Shown here piece after piece: positions 50,603-58,849 of a stretch of 64,000 bases of DNA (position 1 is the stretch's first letter; every line of letters starts with the position of its first letter). Origin of the DNA: an uncultured virus (IMG/VR IMGVR_UViG_3300037537_001028). Taxonomy: Duplodnaviria > Heunggongvirae > Uroviricota > Caudoviricetes. The notes under the pieces were generated by a model. That model did not search any database and was not told where the DNA came from. It saw only the letters and a list, made by a program, of their open reading frames with translations. The stretch is taken from IMG/VR virus record IMGVR_UViG_3300037537_001028, one strand, 5' to 3'. A program made the position numbers and the translations under genes.

Positions 50603-51002
50603 TGTTGTGTTGTGTTAAATTTATTCCAAATTCTAGTGCTAAATTTATAGCTGTCTTGTCAAAGTCGTACGTCTTAATATAAAATATTTGTTTTATCCCA
50701 TACGAAGCTACATTCTTAACGCAGTCCCCACAGGGCATTAAAGTTACAAACATCCTGTCTGCCTCTTGGGGTTTTATATTTTTCAGCGCGTTCGTTTCGG
50801 CATGAATGACTCTTTTCCTTCTTTCGTCTCTATCTGCCCAGTCTATATCAATTCCGGGAGGTGCGCCATTGTAGCCTAGGGACGCAATGCTGTTGTCTGG
50901 CCTAAAAAGGCAGCAACCCACTTGTATAAAGGGGTCTTCGCTTCTTAGAGCTGCTGTTTTCGCTAGTTCTATGCCATAGTCTATCCAACTGAGTCTATCC
51001 AT
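50550..51002 (-). CDS. dCMP deaminase
   Basis: RSEDP..QVG, GYNG, HAETNA, PCGDC. Confidence 0.93.
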   Translation of the reverse strand: MDRLSWIDYGIELAKTAALRSEDPFIQVGCCLFRPDNSIASLGYNGAPPGIDIDWADRDERRKRVIHAETNALKNIKPQEADRMFVTLMPCGDCVKNVASYGIKQIFYIKTYDFDKTAINLALEFGINLTQHNNDIRIYQKIRRDGSNTD

Positions 51003-51008
51003 TTTTAA

Positions 51009-51037
51009 ATTTTAAAAAGAACTTGACAAAAAGTCAA
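51009..51037 (-). promoter_or_regulatory. sigma-70-type promoter for the leftward operon (leaderless)
   Basis: TTGACT-17 nt-TAAAAT, 6 nt before the ATG at 51002. Confidence 0.75.
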
Positions 51038-51051
51038 GTAAAATTTATAAT
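51023..51051 (+). promoter_or_regulatory. perfect sigma-70 promoter
   Basis: TTGACA-17 nt-TATAAT. Confidence 0.9.
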
Positions 51052-51056
51052 AAAGA

Positions 51057-51400
51057 AAGTGTGAAGAATGGTTCTAAGCGAAAGCGAGTCTGGTAACTCT
51101 TGAGAGACCAACAACCCCGAAGGGGCTTCTCGAACCTTGGAAGGTACGCTACAAGCGGGTGCAGGCGGCGTATGAGAGAAGTGACCATCTAAAAAAGTTC
51201 TACCATTCTTAATCACACTTGATATAGGCTGCGAAAGTCATTAGCTAGGCTCGTATGTGCGGGTCGAAAAGGAGAAAGTCCCTGCGAATAGAACTAAGGT
51301 GGAAGCGAAAGCGTCCTTTTGTAGTTGTTTTAAGTGCTTTATAAGTTGGGTGAACTGCGTTCAGTTAAAAATAAGCTACGTCGATTCCGCTTGCGGAATC
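51057..51400 (+). ncRNA. ~350-nt highly structured RNA (or structured leader of the sigma gene), family unknown
   Basis: Starts at the predicted +1. AAGTGTGA/AGAATGGT (51057-72) pairs with ACCATTCT/TCACACTT (51202-20). Internal hairpins include GCGAAAGC x2, CCCCGAAGGGG and ACCTTGGAAGGT. Confidence 0.7.
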
Positions 51401-51410
51401 CTCTTTTATT
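51383..51410 (+). terminator. candidate intrinsic terminator
   Basis: GATTCCGC-tt-GCGGAATC followed by CTCTTTTATT. Confidence 0.6.
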
Positions 51411-51424
51411 AAATTTAAAAAAAA

Positions 51425-51979
51425 ATGAATAACTTCTATTCGGAAATAAAGAAAATACAAGAAAAAGATTGTGACCTGTCTCTATTTAAGGTGATATCTA
51501 GGTACTCTCCTGTCTTTTTATCTATGTACTCTAAGTACTCGTCGTCTATGGCTAACTCTGGGGCCGACCCTAATGATATTCTATTAGACAAGGATCTAAT
51601 TATTTACGAGTCGGCAAAAAGCTTTAATTTAGATAAAGGGTCTAGCTTCTGCACTTGGCTTAGTAACAATGTTAAGTACAAGTGTCTACATTTGATAAGT
51701 AAGTCTGCTAAAATCAATAGACTAAGCGAAAAAGTCAGGCAGAACACCGTAATAACTTATCAAGGAAATCCTTACTCAAATAAAGAGATGAAGTCTTTTA
51801 TATTTAACGAGCTAGGAAAAATGAAAGACCCTAGAGTTGAAAAAGTCTACTCTCTTAGATACTTCTCGGGAGGTAAGATGACTTGGGCCAAAATAGGAAA
51901 TCTTTTAGGCTTCAGTTCTCAGACAGCCATAAACCTGCATAGAAAAGGTGCTGAAATTTTAAAAAGAAAAATACATTAA
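51425..51979 (+). CDS. phage-encoded sigma-70-family RNA polymerase sigma factor
   Basis: Region 2-like IYESAKSFNLDKGSSFCTWL; region 4 HTH LRYFSGGKMTWAKIGNLLGFSSQTAINLH. Confidence 0.82.
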   Translation: MNNFYSEIKKIQEKDCDLSLFKVISRYSPVFLSMYSKYSSSMANSGADPNDILLDKDLIIYESAKSFNLDKGSSFCTWLSNNVKYKCLHLISKSAKINRLSEKVRQNTVITYQGNPYSNKEMKSFIFNELGKMKDPRVEKVYSLRYFSGGKMTWAKIGNLLGFSSQTAINLHRKGAEILKRKIH

Positions 51980-51988
51980 ACAAAAAGC

Positions 51989-52017
51989 TTGACAGCTGGG
52001 TAAGTTTAATCTATACT
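51989..52017 (+). promoter_or_regulatory. sigma-70-type promoter
   Basis: TTGACA-17 nt-TATACT, 10 nt before the ATG at 52028. Confidence 0.85.
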
Positions 52018-52027
52018 AAGGGAAGTT

Positions 52028-52336
52028 ATGGCAGATAATACAAATAGCGATTGGGACAAGAGAGAAGTCGGAGCCCTCTGGACAAAGACGTCACAGAGTA
52101 GCGGTAAGAAATATTTCTCTGGTCATTTCAAGATGGAAAACGAGTTCGGAGAAGAGAAGAAGGTCTCCGTCGTTGCCTTCTACAACAAAGACAAAAAGTC
52201 TGAGAATCAACCCGATTTCAGGATTTACTTGTCTCGCCCAGCATCAGAGCAAACCAGCACCCAGCAGGACGCTCCGACCAAGACGGCAGAAAAAGAAGCA
52301 GTAGCAACAGAGGATGACGGCGACACGCTTCTCTAA
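52028..52336 (+). CDS. DUF736-like probable ssDNA-binding protein
   Basis: EVGALWTKTS..GKKYFSG...N..K...QPDFRIY with acidic tail. Confidence 0.65.
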   Translation: MADNTNSDWDKREVGALWTKTSQSSGKKYFSGHFKMENEFGEEKKVSVVAFYNKDKKSENQPDFRIYLSRPASEQTSTQQDAPTKTAEKEAVATEDDGDTLL

Positions 52337-53418
52337 TGGATTTCGCCCTCCAGCTTCCAGTTAACAATTTAAGTTTCGGCCAAGTTTCCCACTGTATCCT
52401 CAGAGAGGTTTACAGAAAGGGGCTTGAGCCGTCTCTTTTTCCTATAAACGAGGACGTTTCTTCGTTCGATGTCGAGCCGGAGTTTCTACGGTGGCTTAAA
52501 AGTTGTATAGCTAAAGGGCCAAAATTTCACAAAAAAGAACATCCTGTTTTTATGCTATGGCACTTGAATGCCTCAGCCTTAAATTCCGTATCATGCAAGC
52601 GGGTCTTATTTTCTTTTTACGAACTGGACGCTCCTACACCAGCAGAGGTCAACATTGCGGGTAATGCTGATCGACTAATTTTTTCAAGCAAGCATTCCGT
52701 AGATGTCTTTTCCAACTTTGGCCTAAAGTCTGACCTTGTCCCTCTCGGGTTTGACAAGCATCACTTTAAAAGATTAAATAAAAAATACTATGATGACAAT
52801 AGAATAGTATTCAACCTTTGTGGCAAGCTAGAGAAAAGAAAAAGACACAGTAAAATTATAAAAGCTTGGGCCAAGAAGTTCGGCAACGACAAAAAGTACC
52901 ACCTACAATGCGCTGTCCACAATCCTTTCTTAAAAAAAGAAATGCCCTCTTTAATTAATAGGATATTAGAGGGTAACCAGTATTTTAATATTCAGTTCTT
53001 AGACTTTATGGAAAAAAATTCTGTCTACAATGACTTTCTTAATTCCGGAGATATTGTAATAGGAATGTCTGGCGCTGAGGGATGGGGGTTGCCGGAGTTT
53101 CACTCGGTAGCGATAGGAAAACACTCAGTTATAATGAACGCTACAGGATATAAAGAGTGGGCGAACCCAGAAAACTCAACATTAATTGAACCTTCTGGTA
53201 AGATGCCGTCTGAAGACGGAGTTTTTTTTAAGCCCGGAGGCGAGTATAACCAAGGAAGGATCTTTGATTTTGACGAGGAGTCTTTTATTGATGGCTGCGA
53301 AAAGGCCATCGAAAGGGTAGAATTTGACAAACTCAATTCGGCTGGACTTAAGCTTCAGGACGAGTTCACCTATGAAAAGACTACTAATAAAATCTTAGAA
53401 TTTTTAGGCAATGCCTGA
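52336..53418 (+). CDS. GT-B (GT4-like) glycosyltransferase
   Basis: VPLGFD, GKLEKRK, SGAEGWGLPEF signature. Confidence 0.85.
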   Translation: MDFALQLPVNNLSFGQVSHCILREVYRKGLEPSLFPINEDVSSFDVEPEFLRWLKSCIAKGPKFHKKEHPVFMLWHLNASALNSVSCKRVLFSFYELDAPTPAEVNIAGNADRLIFSSKHSVDVFSNFGLKSDLVPLGFDKHHFKRLNKKYYDDNRIVFNLCGKLEKRKRHSKIIKAWAKKFGNDKKYHLQCAVHNPFLKKEMPSLINRILEGNQYFNIQFLDFMEKNSVYNDFLNSGDIVIGMSGAEGWGLPEFHSVAIGKHSVIMNATGYKEWANPENSTLIEPSGKMPSEDGVFFKPGGEYNQGRIFDFDEESFIDGCEKAIERVEFDKLNSAGLKLQDEFTYEKTTNKILEFLGNA

Positions 53419-53752
53419 GTATTTATTTGAAAACCCCGACACAGGAGAAGTAATATCCATAATTCAAGCTATAGACGAAGAGCACGCCTATTCTGAAAAA
53501 GGTAAGATCTTCAGCAGGGTCTTTACAGTTCCTAACGCTTCTATTGATAGCAACGTTGATCCATTTTCTGCCCAGCAGTTTACAGAAAAAACTAAAAATA
53601 TGAAAGGGACAATGGGGGACATATGGGATTACTCTGCAGAACTAAGCTCCAAAAGAAAAAAAGCCAACAACGGGGTAGACCCAGTTAGAGAAAAAGCAGA
53701 GAAGAAATACTCCAAAAAAAGACGAGGCATCAAGCATAAAGATAAGATGTGA
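53411..53752 (+). CDS. FmdB-like small protein (zinc-ribbon pattern lacking Cys)
   Basis: MPEYLFENPDTGE...RVFTVP N-terminus. Confidence 0.55.
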   Translation: MPEYLFENPDTGEVISIIQAIDEEHAYSEKGKIFSRVFTVPNASIDSNVDPFSAQQFTEKTKNMKGTMGDIWDYSAELSSKRKKANNGVDPVREKAEKKYSKKRRGIKHKDKM

Positions 53753-53753
53753 G

Positions 53754-54302
53754 GTGGCTAAACAAAGGACAAAAGATAATATCATAGATAATGTAGCAGT
53801 CAACTACATTTCTCACTTACTAAAGGTCGAAGAAAAAGTGGTCGAAAAGATCACAGACGAATATGAGGATGCCCTTTTAGTCATCCAGCACGCTGCAAAG
53901 AAGCGTCTAAATAAAAAAAAGCTTCTAGAGCTACACCCTAAACTGTCCGCCTTATTGATGGTTTTCAAAGAGGGCTCCAAGGAAGGGTTAGATACTAAAG
54001 AATGTGAATTCCTATCTGGAGCTTTTTATAAATACTTTTTCTGTTTAAAAAATATAAAAAACATACCTTTTAAGACAGAGAAGCCTTCAGAAGAAGCATC
54101 TAAACTATGTTTAATTTTAATAATATTCTTTTCCGAAGCCGTGCAAAAATACTGCGACTCTGACCCCTCGGTACCATCATATAAAGAATCTAGAGTTAAA
54201 TACCTAGATTACATAGAGAAAGGCTTCAAGAGCAGCAATATTGATTTAAATTTGGATAAGGCCATGAAAGCTCTTAAAACGATAAAGGATAAGTATTTAT
54301 GA
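53754..54302 (+). CDS. hypothetical protein
   Basis: 182-aa ORF (GTG start) in the operon. Confidence 0.6.
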   Translation: MAKQRTKDNIIDNVAVNYISHLLKVEEKVVEKITDEYEDALLVIQHAAKKRLNKKKLLELHPKLSALLMVFKEGSKEGLDTKECEFLSGAFYKYFFCLKNIKNIPFKTEKPSEEASKLCLILIIFFSEAVQKYCDSDPSVPSYKESRVKYLDYIEKGFKSSNIDLNLDKAMKALKTIKDKYL

Positions 54303-55066
54303 AAGATGTATTTTATATCCTAGCGTTATGTTTAGTGGTAGTAGGTGGTTGCGCCACTCCACTAGGTAAGTTTAACAAGAAGGAAGCAGTCGTTGAAAGC
54401 ATCGAGAGAAAGCAGACTGAGAACACAAACCAGCAAGTTGAGAGCGGTAGGACTTTTGTATACGCAGCAGACCAAGCTCTTCAAAAAGACCCAGAGCCAT
54501 CTAAACATTCCAGTGTCGCTAAATCAATGACCACTCGCAGTATAACAGCCCTAGGGCCACCTCAAGCAGCAAACGCGCTGAAATCTGACACCATGATCGC
54601 GGACCTTCTTTCAGAAGACCCGAAGATGGTAGAAAAAGGACAAGCGGAGCTAGCAGTAATGGACAAGGAACTAATAGCTATACAGAACCGGAACAGGGTT
54701 TTAAGCAGTCAACTAAACACTGCGCAGGTACAGCTTAAAGCCGTCAACCAAAAGAACGCTCTTGCTGCCACTAAGTATTCTAGCCTAATGGGTAAAGTCT
54801 ACTGGATAGTTGGAGTTGTTATATTTTTAGTAGTTTTATCAATTGGGTTGAAGATCGTTTCAGCAGTAGCCCCCTTCGCCATACCATCCAGAGGAGCTAG
54901 CTCCACTCTGCTGAAGGTTGTACAGGGCATACAAAAGGTCAGAGATCAACATATGGGAGAGAAACCAGAGATGCTTAAGCAAATAGACGACCATCTCAGG
55001 GCTCATCTAGACAAGAAAGACAGATGGATGATAGCCCACGCCAAGCAAAAGCTGCACATGTTGTGA
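54299..55066 (+). CDS. lipoprotein with coiled coil and internal transmembrane helix (spanin-like candidate)
   Basis: Signal peptide with lipobox VGGC, coiled coil, TM VYWIVGVVIFLVVLSIGL. Confidence 0.6.
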   Translation: MKDVFYILALCLVVVGGCATPLGKFNKKEAVVESIERKQTENTNQQVESGRTFVYAADQALQKDPEPSKHSSVAKSMTTRSITALGPPQAANALKSDTMIADLLSEDPKMVEKGQAELAVMDKELIAIQNRNRVLSSQLNTAQVQLKAVNQKNALAATKYSSLMGKVYWIVGVVIFLVVLSIGLKIVSAVAPFAIPSRGASSTLLKVVQGIQKVRDQHMGEKPEMLKQIDDHLRAHLDKKDRWMIAHAKQKLHML

Positions 55067-55144
55067 TAATTAGACAAAAACACGACTATCTCAACCAAAT
55101 TACTGTATTTTAGAGAAACAAAAAAATAAAAAAAATAAAATATT

Positions 55145-55462
55145 ATGGCAGAAGAAGACACAACAGCATGTAAAGCAGCAAAAACTGAGGTGACAGCAGC
55201 AGAAGGAATATTAGCAGCAGCGGTAGCAGCAGCAGCAGTAACAGCCGCAGCACTACCACCATTAGTAGCAGATAAAATAACAGTAGAAGTTGAAGTAGGA
55301 GTAGAACTAGGCCTTGACCCAGTTGCCGATGCACAGTTAAAAGTAGCAAGAGCAGCTCTAGCCGCAGCAACCACAGCAAATGCAAATGCAGACGCAGCAG
55401 TAGTAGTTGCAACAGCAGGAGCAGTTGCAGCTAAAACGGCAGAGACCGCAGCATGTAACTAG
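55145..55462 (+). CDS. alanine-rich small protein
   Basis: 105 aa, about 36% Ala, consistent A-ending codons (GCA/GTA/ACA), fills the intergenic space. Confidence 0.6.
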   Translation: MAEEDTTACKAAKTEVTAAEGILAAAVAAAAVTAAALPPLVADKITVEVEVGVELGLDPVADAQLKVARAALAAATTANANADAAVVVATAGAVAAKTAETAACN

Positions 55463-55472
55463 ATATTCTGCC

Positions 55473-55501
55473 TTGACAATTGATCATGTTCTTGTTATAA
55501 T
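55473..55501 (+). promoter_or_regulatory. perfect sigma-70 promoter heading the sugar-modification operon
   Basis: TTGACA-17 nt-TATAAT, 9 nt before the ATG at 55511. Confidence 0.9.
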
Positions 55502-55510
55502 TACAAGAGC

Positions 55511-56419
55511 ATGGACAATAAAACAGTTAGGATTCCCTCTCCCTTTTGCATGAAGAGGGGCAAGAAAGACTTAGACCTTCTCTTAAAATCCCTGCAAACC
55601 AGAGCAGCAAGATACCCACTAACAGAGTCTGAGTCGAGCTCAGGACAAAGTGTCGTGGACATTCTTTACGATAAAGGTTGGTACAAGCTAGAGTCTTTAT
55701 TTTCGGATAAGATCGACGTAATTGACAGCATCAAAGATAAGCTTGACTTTTATTTAGACAAAGGAGGGGAGCGCTGCAAGTACGGAGTACTTAAAGACAT
55801 CAGCCCACCTCAGTCAGAAGCGCGAGAAAAAGAGCTTTTTATGAGCGTTACAAACCCTCTTTATAACGTGCCAGAGATAGGAGATATACTATTTGACGAT
55901 AGAATTGTCAATATAGCGAAGTGTTATTTTAAATGTATGCCAGCGATAGGAACATTAAACCTAAGAAAAAGCTTCGCCAACAATCTACCAGACGCTCAAA
56001 CAACCCTGTTCCACTGCGATAGAAACTCCCCTTACATGCTTAAGTTCTTCCTGTATCTAGATGATGTAGAAGAGATAGACGATGGGCCGTTTACCTATGT
56101 TGAAGGGTCTGCTTACGACAAGCCCATAGGATGGCTAGAGAACCATAGAGTTCCTGATAAGGAGATAGAGAGAATCTACGGCAAGGAAAAGATAAAACCC
56201 CTTACTGCTAAAAAAGGAGACGTTCTAACAGCTATAACCACCGGGTATCATAAAGGCCAGAAAGTCGTATCCAAAGACAGGACAATGCTGACCCTGAACT
56301 TCGTTTGTGGTCCAGAAGATTGGAGCGCGGAATCGTATATAGACATCAAGCCAGAGACCTGCAGAAAAATAGGACAAAGAAACGAGCCTTTGATTGACTT
56401 TATGTATGTGGTCGAATAA
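55511..56419 (+). CDS. 2OG-Fe(II) dioxygenase (PhyH-like)
   Basis: FHCD...KFFLYLDDV...GPFTYVEGS...KKGD.....YHKG......R (HxD...H triad). Confidence 0.88.
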   Translation: MDNKTVRIPSPFCMKRGKKDLDLLLKSLQTRAARYPLTESESSSGQSVVDILYDKGWYKLESLFSDKIDVIDSIKDKLDFYLDKGGERCKYGVLKDISPPQSEAREKELFMSVTNPLYNVPEIGDILFDDRIVNIAKCYFKCMPAIGTLNLRKSFANNLPDAQTTLFHCDRNSPYMLKFFLYLDDVEEIDDGPFTYVEGSAYDKPIGWLENHRVPDKEIERIYGKEKIKPLTAKKGDVLTAITTGYHKGQKVVSKDRTMLTLNFVCGPEDWSAESYIDIKPETCRKIGQRNEPLIDFMYVVE

Positions 56420-57362
56420 TAAGCCAAAACTCCCGAACAGGAAGAACTGTGTATCCATTCGGCAGAACGGGACAATTTCTCACTTCAAAGAAGAAGACCT
56501 TAACCTTGTCTTAAGATGTATAGAGGACAGGAGGTCAAAGTACTACATACTCGACAAAGATATAGAAAAAGAAAAAGAGACAGTTGAAGAGCTTTACGAA
56601 AAAGGGTGGGTAAAAATAGAAGGAGGGTTAGATCACAAAATCGACGCTCTAAATAAAATAAGCGATAAATTAAATTATTTTTTAGACGGCGGAGCTATGC
56701 CACTAAACAGTAACCTAGGCAGACAAGTAGGAGAAAACAACAACAAACTAAACCAAAAAGAAGCACGGGACACAGAGCTATTCCTCTCTATACCCGAGCC
56801 GCTTTACAACATACCAGAAATAAGCGATATAATATTTGATAATAAACTAACGTCTATTGCTAAAAGTTTTTTTAAATGCGTGCCTGCCGTAGGAACCCTA
56901 AATCTAAGAAAAAGTTTTGCCAATAACCTAAATAGTGAAAACACAACTAAGTATCACACCGATCCTAACTCTCCTTATTTTTTCAAGGCTTTCGTATATC
57001 TAAAAGATGTTTTATCACCTGAGGACGGTCCGTTCACCTACGTAGAAAGCAGCGTAGACAAAAAACCAAATAACCTATTAGAAAAGTACAGGTGGGAAGA
57101 TGATGAAATAGAGGCCTTTTACGGAAAAGACAAAGTTAAACATCTAACAGGAAAGAAAGGAGATATAATAATAGCTATGACCAACGGCTTCCATAAAGGG
57201 CAGAAATGCACCAGTAAAGACAGAGAGCTACTCACTATTGACTATGTCTGTCACCCAGATAGCTGGAACACAAAACAACAGATGAGTATAAAGAGAGAAA
57301 CTTTTGATAATCTAGCTTTAAACGATATCGCGTTAGCTGACTTTTTATATGTAAAGGAATGA
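56406..57362 (+). CDS. 2OG-Fe(II) dioxygenase (PhyH-like), tandem paralogue
   Basis: YHTD...KAFVYLKDV...GPFTYVESS...KKGD...FHKG..R; start moved to the ATG at 56406. Confidence 0.88.
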   Translation: MWSNNKPKLPNRKNCVSIRQNGTISHFKEEDLNLVLRCIEDRRSKYYILDKDIEKEKETVEELYEKGWVKIEGGLDHKIDALNKISDKLNYFLDGGAMPLNSNLGRQVGENNNKLNQKEARDTELFLSIPEPLYNIPEISDIIFDNKLTSIAKSFFKCVPAVGTLNLRKSFANNLNSENTTKYHTDPNSPYFFKAFVYLKDVLSPEDGPFTYVESSVDKKPNNLLEKYRWEDDEIEAFYGKDKVKHLTGKKGDIIIAMTNGFHKGQKCTSKDRELLTIDYVCHPDSWNTKQQMSIKRETFDNLALNDIALADFLYVKE

Positions 57363-58015
57363 AAATAGAAAGTTTATACAATTCACAGCAAGGGCGAGAC
57401 TGTTATATTCTAGCCTGTGGCCCCTCTTTATCCAAGTACGACAACCAAGAAATAAGAAGCGAACTTAAGACTAACTTAGTTTTCTCTATCAAACAGGCTT
57501 ACGACAAATTTAAAGAAGAGACAGACTTTCATTTCTGGAACTGCTCTAACCTACCTTTAGACTACATGAATATACCATATAGGTACGTGGACCATAGGCC
57601 AGAGGTTGTTGTAGCAAGCAGCAACTACCCCAGAGGCCAAAGGTGGAACCTAGACCAAGACTTTGATTTATTTTTTCAGGTACCTCTAATAGAACAAATA
57701 GGAGGCAAAGACAACACCTTGGCTGTTAAAAGAAATTACGATGATTTTCTACTAGAAAAGACAGGCGAGAACAGACAGACAGGCCCCGGCATTATGCTAG
57801 AGAGCGTTTTGCATACCGCTATTCATGTAGGAGTGAGATCAATAACCACAATAGGATGGGACTTAGATAAACACGGAAGCCACTTCTACAAAGAAGGAGA
57901 CGTAGACAATAAAGGTTGCGAGATACCTTGGGATATAATTTTAAATGCAAAAGCGGTACCAAGCATAAAAGATTGGATGAAAAGTAAGAATATAAATTTA
58001 AACATTTTGTCATGA
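57359..58015 (+). CDS. CstII/Maf (DUF115)-like glycosyltransferase-fold protein
   Basis: YILACGPSL...GPGIMLESVLHTAIHVGVRSITTIGWD....HFY. Confidence 0.65.
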   Translation: MKIESLYNSQQGRDCYILACGPSLSKYDNQEIRSELKTNLVFSIKQAYDKFKEETDFHFWNCSNLPLDYMNIPYRYVDHRPEVVVASSNYPRGQRWNLDQDFDLFFQVPLIEQIGGKDNTLAVKRNYDDFLLEKTGENRQTGPGIMLESVLHTAIHVGVRSITTIGWDLDKHGSHFYKEGDVDNKGCEIPWDIILNAKAVPSIKDWMKSKNINLNILS

Positions 58016-58848
58016 AGAAAACATATATTATAGCAGAGATAGGAATAAACCATAACGGATGTCTGGATACAGCTAAAAGGTTGATTGATATAGCTGCCGC
58101 TTCTGGATGCGACGCAGTTAAATTTCAAAAAAGAAACCCTGACGTATGTGTGCCTGAGCACCAGAAAAGTGTAGTGCGAGACACCCCTTGGGGCAGAATG
58201 ACGTACTTGGAATATAAACATAAAGTAGAGTTCTGGGAAAAGGAATACGACATTATTGACAAGTATTGCAAGCAGCAGGGTATAGCTTGGAGTGCTTCGC
58301 CTTGGGACTTAGACAGCTTAGAGTTTTTACTTCGGTACGACGTCCCCTTTATTAAGATTCCCTCTGCCATGCTAACCAACCTTGAGCTAATAAAAGCCTC
58401 TGTCAAAAGCGGCAAGAAGGTGATTTTATCCACGGGGATGAGCACAGAAGAAGAGATACATGAAGCAATCTGTGTTCTTGAACCGGGGCCTGAGATGTAC
58501 GACTACGCCATACTACATTGCAACTCAACTTACCCTGCACCCATAGATGAATTAAATTTATCTTGCATTAAGACAATGAAAGAAAAATACGCTTGCGAAG
58601 TTGGCTATAGTGGTCATGAATTCAGGCTAGGAACTTCTGTAGCCGCTGTTTATCTTGGAGCTACTATTATAGAAAGGCACATAACTTTAGATAGAACAAT
58701 GTGGGGGTCAGACCATCTTAGCTCTTTAGAGCCACAAGGTTTATTTAAATTAGTCAGCGGAATAAGAGAACTAGAGCAAGCGTTTGGTGACGGAAAAATC
58801 AAGATTGCTGAATCAGAAAAATCAGCTAGAGAAAAACTTAGAGGATAA
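58012..58848 (+). CDS. neuB: N-acetylneuraminate/nonulosonate synthase (no SAF domain)
   Basis: IIAEIGINHNG, DAVKFQKR, KIPSA, ILSTGMS, HCNSTYP, VGYSGHE, IERHITLDR. Confidence 0.93.
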   Translation: MKKTYIIAEIGINHNGCLDTAKRLIDIAAASGCDAVKFQKRNPDVCVPEHQKSVVRDTPWGRMTYLEYKHKVEFWEKEYDIIDKYCKQQGIAWSASPWDLDSLEFLLRYDVPFIKIPSAMLTNLELIKASVKSGKKVILSTGMSTEEEIHEAICVLEPGPEMYDYAILHCNSTYPAPIDELNLSCIKTMKEKYACEVGYSGHEFRLGTSVAAVYLGATIIERHITLDRTMWGSDHLSSLEPQGLFKLVSGIRELEQAFGDGKIKIAESEKSAREKLRG

Positions 58849-58849
58849 A

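Noticed and set aside
51268..51285. GGAGAAAGTCCC resembling the RNase P GAGGAAAGUCC motif
   Set aside because: It is at the wrong relative position, and no matching 3' P4 strand (AACAGAA..CGGC) is seen.
55003..55412. Minus-strand Ala-rich and Leu-rich ORFs
   Set aside because: They mirror the GCA/GTA low-complexity + strand gene; neighbouring genes are all on the + strand.
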